Source of the DNA: Patescibacteria group bacterium
Lineage (GTDB): Bacteria; Patescibacteriota; Minisyncoccia; UBA6257; 2-01-FULL-56-20
Assembly (NCBI GenBank): GCA_038063055.1
Contig: JBBTVY010000005.1
Location: 2,444-66,443, forward strand
Reading direction: 5' to 3'
Length of the DNA stretch: 64,000 bases
How positions within the stretch are numbered: position 1 is the first letter of the stretch; each line of letters starts with the position of its first letter. Positions 9,915-19,214 of this stretch are shown one piece after another. Position numbers and translations under genes: made by a program. The notes below the pieces were generated by a model that was not told the DNA's origin, made no database searches, and was given only the letters and a program-made list of their open reading frames with translations.

Positions 9915-10274
9915 TTAGCGTTTATTTTTTAGTTTTTTAATTAAAACAAACAACATTTTTTGAATCTCTGTAAGTAAATTTCCGGCTTTTAAAACATCAA
10001 CTTCGGGGTAAATGCTTTTGATGAGAATAATTTGTGTTTCTAATTCTGCGGCCGAAGCATCTGCAACACTCAAAAATTGTAAATATTCTCCTAACCCATG
10101 CCTTTTATAGCCTTCCGCAATATTTGATGGTACAGAAACAGCCGATCGTCTTATTTGACTAACCAATCCATAAATTTCACTTTTGGGAAGTTTATTGCTT
10201 AAATCGTAAACCTCTTTTACTAATAAAATAGATTTCTTCCAAACTTCTAATTCTTTATAAGATTTTAAATACAT
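9915..10274 (-). CDS. Four-helix-bundle protein (23S rRNA IVS protein / Avd-like), second copy
   Basis: 'ELEVWKKSILLVKEVYDLSNKLPKSEIYGLVSQIRRSAVSVPSNIAEGYKRHG' matches the PF05635/TIGR02436 pattern. Confidence 0.7.
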   Translation of the reverse strand: MYLKSYKELEVWKKSILLVKEVYDLSNKLPKSEIYGLVSQIRRSAVSVPSNIAEGYKRHGLGEYLQFLSVADASAAELETQIILIKSIYPEVDVLKAGNLLTEIQKMLFVLIKKLKNKR

Positions 10275-10324
10275 TTGTATTATACCCCCTACCCTTTTAC
10301 CCTACTACCCTATAACCCTATACC

Positions 10325-13114
10325 CTAGTTACTAACACAGCTAAACGTAATCGTGTCCGCATAGACCCCGCCGGTTGCGCTTGCTCCTACTGTGGCTTTG
10401 TGGGTAACCACTACTTCCCTGTTGGTTACGGCGGCAGTTGAAGAAGCGAGAATCACCGTAGTCGTGGCAAGGCCTCCCACCGTGTTGCCGCTTTGGAGAT
10501 AGCGGATATTCAGAGTAAGCGTTCCTCCGCTCCCGGCTGTTGTCGTGGCTCCCTGAATTCCGTAACCGTCGGTATTCGCGGCAAGGGTCGCGGTGGCGTT
10601 AAAAGCGGCATCCGGCGATTTGATTAAGTAGTTGATTGTCGTGGACGCGTACAATCCCCCGCCGGTGGTACTGCTGCCGTTATCGTTGACATAAAGAACA
10701 CAGCCAAGCGCTCCGTCGCAAGACATGGAAGTCGATGCGTTGGGAGAAGAAGTGAAGATGCCAGTCGTGTCTATCGTGCCGAAATCCGTGCTCGAAGCGC
10801 TGGCGGAACAGGAAACGGTTGCAGTCGGAGTGAAAGATGCGACTGCGTAAACGGAATAAGTCGTTAAACCCGTTCCGGCGTCGCTTACTCTGAAATAATA
10901 AGTCGCCGAAGAGGCGTTGGAAGTGGACATAATTGAATATTCAACTTCGGTAAATCGGATTCCGCTCAGAAGTTCGGAGTTCGCCTGATTTCTGCTTGTG
11001 GTCGCCACAACTTCGGCGGCGTTGAAAATTATGTTTTCGTCGGTCGTTCCTCCGGTGGAAGTGGCGATGTTCGTGGTTGCCGTGCCATCGGCAACCAAAC
11101 TCGACGTGGACATTTGCCACTCTCTCGTGCCTGCGGTCGAAGTCGCCAGTTGCGTCCACGTTCCGGAAGTAGAGTTGGCCTGATATTCTATTCTGAATTG
11201 GGCCGAACTGGTGGCATCGCCCTCGTTTGAAATTTCAAAACGCAGGCGCTTGACGGTTCCGATTCCTTGTATCGACAACGAAGTGTCTTCGCTGGCCGCC
11301 GCCGTCGAGGTCGCTTCACTGCCGTCGTCGTTGCGCCAATGGTAGTGGATTTGGGTCATGTTGGCGGCAAGGATGCTGGTTTGGCCGTATATGTTATAGC
11401 TGGCGTCGTTAATGCAGCTGCTTGTGCACCGGACTGAATTGACAACACTAGCCGAGAAGCCGGCCGACGAAGTGGCTGAAAAGGACTCGCCATAAGTATT
11501 TTCTAAGGTATTCGGGAAGCTGTAACTCGTGGTCGCGTTGTTTATACCCAATTCGAGAAATTGGGCCGCGACACCGTTGCCGGAGCTGCTGTCGTCGTAT
11601 TCGCCGTCAAGCCAGGCCCATTTGGCCGTGGTTGATGAGTCGGCGAGGGTTGTATTTATGCTTGTCGTTGCAAAACTGGTTCCGACCGACATATTCGATT
11701 GCGCCAAAAAAGAAAGATAATTGTTAAGGTTGGCGTTCGCCACCGGAGAGTTCGTATGGTCATAGCTCCAAAAAAGTTTCATGCCGCGTATGCTTGTGGC
11801 GCCAGAAGTGCTGAACGCCGAACAAACTATTTTGTCGCCGCCCGTTGTGGTCGCCAAATTGGCGGCAACGTTCCAAACAGGAGTTGCGTAACCGGTGGTG
11901 TCGTTGGCGGGCGGCGTTTCGGTTATGGCGGTTGTCGTCAGGTTTGTGCAGGGCGTGCCAGGGCCGAGAGTCGCGTTCATACCCGGATTCGCGGTTGCGG
12001 TGAAATTTGTCCTGCCTAAAAGAAACGCGTTAGTTGATGAAGGAGAGGTTTCTGGAATATTTATCGTGGTAGTCGCCAGCAGCGTAGCCGTACTCGCGGT
12101 GTTGGTATTTTGCATTAGCCAAACCTGGATGTTTTTGCGGAGTTTCGAACTTGCGTTGAAATTGAAAGTGTATGTGGCGACTGCGACTGCGTTGGGGTTG
12201 CTTAAAGAATTACTACTTATACTTTGCATTTTAAAAGTGTGATTGCCGGAAGGAGAAGCATCAGCGGTTGTCGGACTATTCAACATTAAAACGCTGTAAG
12301 AATCCCCTAATTGCGCGAAAGTAGCGGCGCTTGTCGCCTCCGAATCCCATCCTACGCCGACCGTTATCGCCGTCGTAGTCGAAATCCTCGCCCTGAATTC
12401 GGCCCAAAATTGGTTCGAGGAACTCGCGCCAACGGAAAAAGTCGTTGTGGCGCCGCTTTCCGGCAAACCGAAATTGAAATTCGCCGAAGTTACCAGCGCC
12501 TTGCCCATCTGCGAGCTGGTGGCGAACACGAATCTATAGTCGGTGTTTACCTGCGTGGGGGCAAACGGGTCATAGTCATAAGTAATAATAAGTTTTGCGC
12601 TTTCCGCGGACCGCGTGGGACCGGTAATTTTCGTGGTAAATATCATCGCGTAAGTTCCGCTGGCGTTGCCGATTAACGTTTGCATGGCGCTTGTCGCGTC
12701 AAGCCGAAAAGCAATCCATCTGTTCTCGGCGCTGTCGGTCAAAGTGCTCGGACAAGTCAAACTCTGGGCGATTCCGCCCTGAACGTTCAAAGTAAATGTA
12801 CAGGCCGAAATGCTTGCGGTGCTTGGGTGCGTATTATAAGAAATATACGCCGAACGGATTGGCTGGGAGGTGGGAACCATATCCGGAAGCGCGATGACAA
12901 ACGCGTAAGTCGACGTTACTCCGTTTGCGATGGGGGTCGTGGAAATAATCGAACCGATAAAAAACTCGATTGTCTTGGTTTTTGCGGCGGCTTCGGCGAC
13001 TTGAACCTGAAGAGTTAGGTCGCGCGATTTGAAACTCGATAAAAAATCAACCGGCGCGGGAATGGCGATAGTGGAAATCAAAAGCGCTACCAGAAATTTT
13101 CTTTTGGTATTCAT
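10325..13114 (-). CDS. Giant (929 aa) secreted T/S/A-rich adhesin-like protein ending in an SCPU/Csu-pilin-like domain
   Basis: Signal peptide 'LVALLISTIAIPAP'. C-terminus 'VSCSASASSTDFGTIDTTG...GGVYADTITFSCVSN' is paralogous to the C-terminus of 9111..9776. Confidence 0.6.
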   Translation of the reverse strand: MNTKRKFLVALLISTIAIPAPVDFLSSFKSRDLTLQVQVAEAAAKTKTIEFFIGSIISTTPIANGVTSTYAFVIALPDMVPTSQPIRSAYISYNTHPSTASISACTFTLNVQGGIAQSLTCPSTLTDSAENRWIAFRLDATSAMQTLIGNASGTYAMIFTTKITGPTRSAESAKLIITYDYDPFAPTQVNTDYRFVFATSSQMGKALVTSANFNFGLPESGATTTFSVGASSSNQFWAEFRARISTTTAITVGVGWDSEATSAATFAQLGDSYSVLMLNSPTTADASPSGNHTFKMQSISSNSLSNPNAVAVATYTFNFNASSKLRKNIQVWLMQNTNTASTATLLATTTINIPETSPSSTNAFLLGRTNFTATANPGMNATLGPGTPCTNLTTTAITETPPANDTTGYATPVWNVAANLATTTGGDKIVCSAFSTSGATSIRGMKLFWSYDHTNSPVANANLNNYLSFLAQSNMSVGTSFATTSINTTLADSSTTAKWAWLDGEYDDSSSGNGVAAQFLELGINNATTSYSFPNTLENTYGESFSATSSAGFSASVVNSVRCTSSCINDASYNIYGQTSILAANMTQIHYHWRNDDGSEATSTAAASEDTSLSIQGIGTVKRLRFEISNEGDATSSAQFRIEYQANSTSGTWTQLATSTAGTREWQMSTSSLVADGTATTNIATSTGGTTDENIIFNAAEVVATTSRNQANSELLSGIRFTEVEYSIMSTSNASSATYYFRVSDAGTGLTTYSVYAVASFTPTATVSCSASASSTDFGTIDTTGIFTSSPNASTSMSCDGALGCVLYVNDNGSSTTGGGLYASTTINYLIKSPDAAFNATATLAANTDGYGIQGATTTAGSGGTLTLNIRYLQSGNTVGGLATTTVILASSTAAVTNREVVVTHKATVGASATGGVYADTITFSCVSN

Positions 13115-13236
13115 CCCGTTAGAGACAGGCCGCCTTTAGACGGCCGTAAACCAGCGGCTATAACCGCAGCATACTTTTTTGATTTGCTACAAGAATATTT
13201 CATAAATTGTCATTGCTTAGTTGTCTCTAACGGGAT
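13113..13236 (-). promoter_or_regulatory. 15-bp perfect inverted repeat with a ~94-nt loop; the 3' arm covers the RBS region and AU of the start codon of 10325..13114. Contains a mini-uORF (MNPVRDN*)
   Basis: Arms 'atcccgttagagaca' at 13113..13127 and 'tgtctctaacgggat' at 13222..13236. Confidence 0.5.
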
Positions 13237-13310
13237 TCATCACAAACAATTCGGTCATATAATTTCCCCTTGTCGGCAATTCTATTTTTTATCTGCAAAT
13301 ACGTAGAGGT

Positions 13311-13649
13311 TCATTTCTTTTTCGCCGCCGCAAGCGCGAACCAGTCGAAATATGGCATAAGTCCGTTAAGCGTGCTTCCATAGAGCTTGCCGCCATAAAC
13401 CGCGTCCCCGAAAACTTCTCTGGCTCTGGCGATTTCCCGAAGCCGCCCTTTCCATCGAGGGTCATCGAGAGTCAAATCAAAAAGTTCAAAAGCGCGCTCC
13501 GCCGCCATTTGGAAATTTTCTTCGTTTTTGCCTTGCGCCGCGGCGGCGGCGCGAAAAACTTCACTACCGATATTGCCCATTTGTTCGGCCAAAGAAAGTT
13601 TCTGCCATTTCCCCGCGGCAAGTCCGCTATGAATAAATTTTTCGTTCAT
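13311..13649 (-). CDS. Hypothetical all-alpha protein, weakly MazG/HisE-like NTP pyrophosphatase
   Basis: 112 aa; weak match to the NTP-PPase helical pattern; 4-nt overlap with the upstream gene. Confidence 0.35.
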   Translation of the reverse strand: MNEKFIHSGLAAGKWQKLSLAEQMGNIGSEVFRAAAAAQGKNEENFQMAAERAFELFDLTLDDPRWKGRLREIARAREVFGDAVYGGKLYGSTLNGLMPYFDWFALAAAKKK

Positions 13650-14032
13650 TGTTTTATCAATTTTTTTACAACTTGTCTTATTTTTTCTTTCACAGCATCG
13701 CTTTCAACGTTCCGCGACCTGTTTCCGAAAGCGGGCTTCAAATTAATCATTGAATCAAATTCAATCCGTTCATCTTCCCTGCCTTCGCCAAGGCTTCGGA
13801 GGGCAGGCGGTTTTTTGGGATAGATATTTATTCCCCAAGTATTTTCCCGTTTCGAATTTTCTTGTTCCATAAGAATCGCTTCTTCGTCTGCGTGCAATTC
13901 GCCGCCAATGGCCATAATTTCTTGAGCTATATCCACCGCCGCTTTTACAAGGTCTCCAAATCCCTCGTTCGCCATCCGGAGAAGCTCTGAAATTTCAATC
14001 GGTTTTTCTGTTTTTATTATTCTGATATCCAT
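13646..14032 (-). CDS. Hypothetical conserved protein (DUF5674-like)
   Basis: 128 aa; 'IMAIGGELHADEEAILMEQENSKRENTWGINIYP...RIEFDSMINLKPAFGNRSR' resembles a conserved uncharacterised CPR/archaeal family. Confidence 0.4.
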   Translation of the reverse strand: MDIRIIKTEKPIEISELLRMANEGFGDLVKAAVDIAQEIMAIGGELHADEEAILMEQENSKRENTWGINIYPKKPPALRSLGEGREDERIEFDSMINLKPAFGNRSRNVESDAVKEKIRQVVKKLIKQ

Positions 14033-14044
14033 AATTTTGGTCTA

Positions 14045-15727
14045 TCACGGCCAATCGAACATCTGCGCCGGTATAAGATGCCGTGTCTGCGAATCGTAAT
14101 AAGCGGCGTCTACGGCGTATTTTCCAGGTATCATTTCAGATGTTTTTATCCCGTAATCAGGATTCGCGTCTGGAGCCACAATATCGAATTCCGCCTGCTT
14201 GGTAATCGGGTCGAAATCTTTCGCATAGAGCTGGGCAGAATCAAGAAATGACTTGTCTTGTACTCCGCCAAAGGAAAAGCCATTATCGGTGCCGTTTCTA
14301 TATAACTCGATATCGGCCGGGTAAAGGAAGACATTCAACGATTGTCCATAGAAATCACCGAGATACTGGATTTTAACGTGGACTGTGTCCGCTGTTTTCG
14401 TTATGGAAACGATTGTCGGCGGCGGAACGAACGGCGCGGGAACCGGCGGCGGGATTTCCATTGTCACATTCGGACTTACTTGTATTATCCGCGGCTGTTC
14501 CAGCTCGATATTTGCGGTGTTCGCGAAAGCCGGTGGCACGTCGTAATTGACCTTAAGAAGCATTCCGTCGAGGTATATAACCGGAACAGGGTTAAGGGAA
14601 GTCAGTATTATTTTTGCCTGGATTTGGAGCGTTTTCAACTCGTCCCATTTTGAAACCGGAATTGTCAGTTTAAGGTCGCGCCAGTTCTGCGGGCTAACTT
14701 TTTGAAGCTCAACCCAGTTCTGACCGTCCGTGCTGTAATTTATTTGAATAAAGTTTTCGTCCGGAATCGGAGCTTGAATTGGTATCGCGATGTCCGATTG
14801 CCCGCCCTGCTTGTCCCGAGTTATATCGAGGGGAGCCGCGTCGAAGGGCTCGCCCGAAGAAGATGATTTGGTTGAACTACCTGTTTCCGGAGAATTTTCC
14901 TGCGAAAATATGTTCAGTATGTTCGCGGATTCAAGAGAATCATTTTTTGCGTTTGGAGCTTGGCTCGGCGCGTCTGTTGTTGTAGCATCCGTTGTGTTTT
15001 CACTACTCGCAGAAACGGGTTGTTGCGTAGCCGTGTTGTCTTGCGGTGTTTGCCCGCCGGAAGTCGTTGAAGAAACTTCCTGCGCGAAGGCCTTGTTCAA
15101 AAATTTTGAAAATATATTAAAGAGAAAAGAAGTCGTAGAAGAAGAATTTTCGGGCGTCGAGGTTGGCGTTGTTTCCGGGACGACTGAATCGGAAGAACTT
15201 GGCGATGGCGCCGGCGGAGTTTCTCCGGACGAAATTATTTCTGTTTCGGATTGAACGTTCGTCTGAACGCTCTCCCCTATTTGCCAAACAAGCGACAACG
15301 CGACATTTTTGACATCTCCCTTAACCTCAAAATCGGAAGGAATAAAACTGCCGCAGAAGATAATTTTATCTCCCTCTGAATCAGATTGTCTGTAAACGGC
15401 GGAGTTCGATTCGTTAAACGAAGGGCTGACATTATCAATGGTTTCCGGAAGGCCTTGCGCGCCTGACGGATTTTGCCAGGTTCCAAGGCACGTTGCCGGA
15501 TAGAAATCCGCCAGTTCAGCTTTGGTAAGCACGTTGCGTATCATGAAAGTTCCGCCGATTACGATGGCCACAACCACGAGCAGAAACACGGGGCGATACT
15601 TTTCATAAAAAGAAGGTTTTAAGTTTACCGTAAAATCGTGAAATCGCCGGAAAATACCCCTTGATTTCGGCGCGGGATGGATATCCGAAAAACTGCGAGT
15701 CTGCTTCGCTTTTCCTGAAGCTTTCAT
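14045..15727 (-). CDS. Membrane-anchored protein with long S/T/P-rich low-complexity linker and C-terminal globular domain
   Basis: TM 'VFLLVVVAIVIGGTFMI'; about 150 aa of S/T/P/E-rich sequence. Confidence 0.5.
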   Translation of the reverse strand: MKASGKAKQTRSFSDIHPAPKSRGIFRRFHDFTVNLKPSFYEKYRPVFLLVVVAIVIGGTFMIRNVLTKAELADFYPATCLGTWQNPSGAQGLPETIDNVSPSFNESNSAVYRQSDSEGDKIIFCGSFIPSDFEVKGDVKNVALSLVWQIGESVQTNVQSETEIISSGETPPAPSPSSSDSVVPETTPTSTPENSSSTTSFLFNIFSKFLNKAFAQEVSSTTSGGQTPQDNTATQQPVSASSENTTDATTTDAPSQAPNAKNDSLESANILNIFSQENSPETGSSTKSSSSGEPFDAAPLDITRDKQGGQSDIAIPIQAPIPDENFIQINYSTDGQNWVELQKVSPQNWRDLKLTIPVSKWDELKTLQIQAKIILTSLNPVPVIYLDGMLLKVNYDVPPAFANTANIELEQPRIIQVSPNVTMEIPPPVPAPFVPPPTIVSITKTADTVHVKIQYLGDFYGQSLNVFLYPADIELYRNGTDNGFSFGGVQDKSFLDSAQLYAKDFDPITKQAEFDIVAPDANPDYGIKTSEMIPGKYAVDAAYYDSQTRHLIPAQMFDWP

Positions 15728-15887
15728 ACGTTAAATTATAACACCTGAAGACGGAATATCTCCAAAAAAAATTGTGGAAAAACGGCATATCCGTTTAACA
15801 TAATGATAACGATGCGAAACCCTATGCGAATAACGCAAAATTTTTTCGCATAATTCGCACGGTTAATTCGATAATTTCGCATTATGT

Positions 15888-15992
15888 CTAACGAAGAGGT
15901 ATGTTGGATATTCCGAGAAAACCGACAGCCACCACTATTATCAGCATTACCAGAATGGCCACGACAATTATCTTTTTGCCTTTCTTTGCCAT
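15888..15992 (-). CDS. Small single-TM membrane protein (34 aa; internal start preferred)
   Basis: 'MAKKGKKIIVVAILVMLIIVVAVGFLGISNIPLR'; the listed 62-aa ORF has an implausible N-terminal extension. Confidence 0.25.
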   Translation of the reverse strand: MAKKGKKIIVVAILVMLIIVVAVGFLGISNIPLR

Positions 15993-16126
15993 TTCCGTTA
16001 AATTATAAACGACATTTTGCCTGCCTGCTATTATATCCCGCTTATAACTGGGAGGTTGTCTAACTCGCCCCGCCAAATATAATATGAATTGCCGCCTTTA
16101 ACATATAAGAAACTTCTGCGCATTGC

Positions 16127-16197
16127 TGCGGGATCGTCTAATGGTAGGACACCGGCCTTTGAAGCCGGGTATGATGGTTCGAATCCATCTCCCGCAG
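16127..16197 (+). tRNA. tRNA-Gln (anticodon UUG)
   Basis: Cloverleaf with U1:A72, 7-bp acceptor TGCGGGA/TCCCGCA, anticodon loop CTTTGAA, T-loop TTCGAAT, G73. CCA not encoded. Confidence 0.75.
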
Positions 16198-16357
16198 CAA
16201 TGCGCAGAAGCTCGGGGCAGGAAAAGCTACTTATCCGGATAACACTGCTTGCAGTATTTATAGTTATCGGAGTCGGGCGAGCCGACATAGAAACAACTTG
16301 GAGTGGAAGCGAAAGCGGGAGCGCCGCCTGCCTGTCGGCAGGCAGGTATCCAGAGAA

Positions 16358-16396
16358 GAAAAACCGCTGATTAACTTCAGCGGTTTTTCTTTTGTG
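16358..16396. terminator. Rho-independent (bidirectional) terminator hairpin
   Basis: 'aaaaaccgctga ttaac ttcagcggttttt' flanked by A- and T-runs. A second hairpin 'gcctgcctgtcggcaggcagg' lies just upstream. Confidence 0.65.
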
Positions 16397-16417
16397 AAGA
16401 TTAAACGAGCCAGACTC

Positions 16418-19213
16418 TTATCGAATTCCTAATAACGGCCCAAAGGCACTTAACACTTGGGCGAAAAATCCCTGATTAACCGGTTCAATCATTGAACCCG
16501 GGCCGAACTGCTGGCATGCCGGATCCTGATAATTTTGCATGCAGTAGGCCTGGCATTCTTCGGGAGTTTTGCAGCCGCCTGGTCCAGTAAAATCAGCGCC
16601 ACCATCTCCCGATGTCGGCGTTTGCGATTGATATGCAGTACAACGAGAGTCACCTATATTGGCCTTACAAAATTCTTCCCATGAAGAGTATCCCTGCGGA
16701 ATCGCCGACTGGTCCCCGCCTTGTTGCTGTTGTACCCCACTATCTCCGCCCTTGGGCTGGCAGGACTGAAATTTAGCTTGAACAGACGGGTCGGGTGTTC
16801 CCTGCTGTTGTTCTCCGTCGCCACCGCCACCGCCTAAAGAATTAAGGCAGGCCTGAAATTCACCGCATGATTTAGTAAGACACGCGTTAACTTTTTCTTT
16901 TTGGCAGGCCTGGACTTTCGCATTAACTTTTGGATCGGGCGTACCTTGCGCTTGTGGCTGGCCGCTCGGCGCTTGATCGCCACCTTGCTGGAGAGACTTC
17001 ATGCAGGCGTCAAATTCCGAGCAAGAAAACGCAAGGCAAATATCTATCTTCTCCCGAAGACAGGATAACGCTCTTGCCTGTACTTTTTTCCCGCTTTCGT
17101 CCTGTGGTCCTTCTTGTCCGGATGATTGCTGATTGCCCTTAGGCAAAGCGTCAAAACACGAGTTGAACTCGGCACAGGTGGCTTTACTTAAACAGACCTC
17201 AATTTCTTTACGGATATCCTGACCCATCAAGCTCTCGCATTTTCTCTGTGCTGTTTCTAAGGCGGGTGACTTTGCTTCTGATTGTGTTATTTTTCCGGCC
17301 TTGAATCGTCCAAAAAAAGAGGGACCCAATTCTTTCTCCATGCAGGCAAGCCACTCTGGAGGAGCTTTATCAAGTGATGTCATAAACTTACGCTGTTCTT
17401 CAATGTTTTTAAGATCTTCTTCGCTGAGCATGCCGTGGTCCTTAGCCCAGTTAAAGCAGGTGTCCTGGTTAATGACACAGAATGCCTCACAGTCGGCTTT
17501 GCTCTTGCAACCGCCGGGGCCCGAGGTGATTTTAAATTTTTTGGCCATTTCCGCTTCTTCTTTTGAGATAAAGCCGGCGCGCACCGCAAAATCCACACAC
17601 TCATCAATGTGCGCTTCACTTTTGCAGTAACTGTCACACGCCTCTCGCGACCTGCAATTCCCCGGACCCTTACCGCCGGTTTTCTTCACGATATCGGCTT
17701 CCTCTCTTGTCATAAAACCAACTTTCACTGCAAAATCAATGCACTCATTAGTGTGAGTGTCGCTCGCGCAATAGGCATCGCATGATTCTTTTGTCGTGCA
17801 TCCGCCGGGCAACTTTCCGCCGCTCTTAAGATACGGGAGTATTTTATTGACCGCCTCGGCGTCTTCTTTTGGTATAAATCCGGCTTTCTGGGCAAATTCC
17901 ATGCACACAACCGCATTAGCCGAGTTTTCACAATACTTCAAACAACTTTCTTTGGTTTTGCAGTTTCCCGGAAACGCCACGCCCGCCTTTTTAACATCGG
18001 TTATCTTGCGTATTTCTTTTAATTCGTCGGCACTGGCCAATTTAAACTTTTCCACAAAATTGACGCATTCCTCCAGGTGGTCAATGTCTTCGCAGTATGT
18101 TCGGCAGGCAACCTCATCTTTGCACTGGCCGGGACTTTCTCCTTTTTCCATTGCCGCAAAAACACCTTTTTTCTCCTCAGGCACTTCTATCGTTAATCCG
18201 ACTTTTTTGGCAAATGTGACACATTTTGAGTAATTGCTTGATACACTGCAGTAGGTTTTGCAATCTTCTTGGCTACCACAACTCCCCAACTCTACTACCG
18301 GGTATGCAATGGCCACTGGTTCAGGTATTAACATTCCCCGTGGTTCAGATGTCTGTGGTTCAGACCCTAGATACGACTGACACCTGCTATCGTTGCCCAC
18401 ATTGAATGTGGACACAATTTCTGATTGACTCAACGTCCTGTTGTATACGGAAACCCCACCGATCACGCCGAAGAAAGGTTCGGCAGCGCCACCCCGGTCC
18501 CATGCCCCGAGCGTGAATGGCGCCTCGCTTGTGGTGTTGGCGCCCGGAGCTTCGGCGGTTCCTTTCAGCTTGCCATCTACATATAATTTCATGGTACCGG
18601 AGCCGTCTCTCGTAGCAACGACATGGTACCAAGTATCCGTGTTAATAGTCGTAGTGATTTTACCTCGGGATTCGCCAGAGATACCGGCGGATTCTCCTGC
18701 AAAAAACTCCAACATTCGATCATCCCCGCCCGCTTTCAGCCAATATCCATACCCGGGACCTCTCACTGGATAATTTGACTTTCTGATGATGTTACCTGCG
18801 GGTATTCCACTGCCGCGGAGCCCCAAACGAAACCAAACTTCCAATGAAAACGGGCCTGTTCCAAAATTTAAACTCTTGGAATTTTCCATCCTGATATATC
18901 CGCTGGATCCATCAGGATGAAAATTATTCCCATTTTCCCAAGAACGAATAGTGACTCCGCCATGGATCGTTCCATTATTTCTCGCCTTCATATCCGCGAC
19001 GGTTTTCATCTCCGAGGCGGTTTTCCCCGTAACCGTATCTCCATTCCACCGACTAACCAAACCAGAAGGGGGTTCTGGGCAAATCTTTCCAGATAGTGAG
19101 GTCTGTCCAATTCCTTCTCCTTCGTTTTGAGCAAAAACGATATAAGTGCTGACTAAAAACAACAAGACTATTATTGATGGGAATATAAAAGTTTTCTTCG
19201 GAGAGATTGGCAT
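16418..19213 (-). CDS. Large secreted protein: N-terminal signal, LamG/concanavalin-like domain, about 8 tandem Cys-containing ~45-aa repeats, C-terminal Cys-rich Q/G-rich region
   Basis: 'MPISPKKTFIFPSIIVLLFLVSTYIVFA' signal (internal start preferred over the listed 19429 start). 'WYHVVATRDGSGTMKLYVDGKL' LamG hallmark. Repeats of 'C..YC......C..FA.K.G....E'. Confidence 0.6.
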   Translation of the reverse strand: MPISPKKTFIFPSIIVLLFLVSTYIVFAQNEGEGIGQTSLSGKICPEPPSGLVSRWNGDTVTGKTASEMKTVADMKARNNGTIHGGVTIRSWENGNNFHPDGSSGYIRMENSKSLNFGTGPFSLEVWFRLGLRGSGIPAGNIIRKSNYPVRGPGYGYWLKAGGDDRMLEFFAGESAGISGESRGKITTTINTDTWYHVVATRDGSGTMKLYVDGKLKGTAEAPGANTTSEAPFTLGAWDRGGAAEPFFGVIGGVSVYNRTLSQSEIVSTFNVGNDSRCQSYLGSEPQTSEPRGMLIPEPVAIAYPVVELGSCGSQEDCKTYCSVSSNYSKCVTFAKKVGLTIEVPEEKKGVFAAMEKGESPGQCKDEVACRTYCEDIDHLEECVNFVEKFKLASADELKEIRKITDVKKAGVAFPGNCKTKESCLKYCENSANAVVCMEFAQKAGFIPKEDAEAVNKILPYLKSGGKLPGGCTTKESCDAYCASDTHTNECIDFAVKVGFMTREEADIVKKTGGKGPGNCRSREACDSYCKSEAHIDECVDFAVRAGFISKEEAEMAKKFKITSGPGGCKSKADCEAFCVINQDTCFNWAKDHGMLSEEDLKNIEEQRKFMTSLDKAPPEWLACMEKELGPSFFGRFKAGKITQSEAKSPALETAQRKCESLMGQDIRKEIEVCLSKATCAEFNSCFDALPKGNQQSSGQEGPQDESGKKVQARALSCLREKIDICLAFSCSEFDACMKSLQQGGDQAPSGQPQAQGTPDPKVNAKVQACQKEKVNACLTKSCGEFQACLNSLGGGGGDGEQQQGTPDPSVQAKFQSCQPKGGDSGVQQQQGGDQSAIPQGYSSWEEFCKANIGDSRCTAYQSQTPTSGDGGADFTGPGGCKTPEECQAYCMQNYQDPACQQFGPGSMIEPVNQGFFAQVLSAFGPLLGIR

Positions 19214-19214
19214 A

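Noticed and set aside
9111-10500. DGR variable-region/template-repeat pair between the C-termini of the two SCPU proteins
   Set aside because: The C-terminal domains are related at protein level only. The nucleotide sequences are too diverged (not adenine-specific) to be a variable-region/template-repeat pair.
16031-16370. ORFs 16031..16288 (-) and 16089..16370 (+) overlapping tRNA-Gln
   Set aside because: They span a clear tRNA cloverleaf and terminator hairpins, and the translations are featureless.
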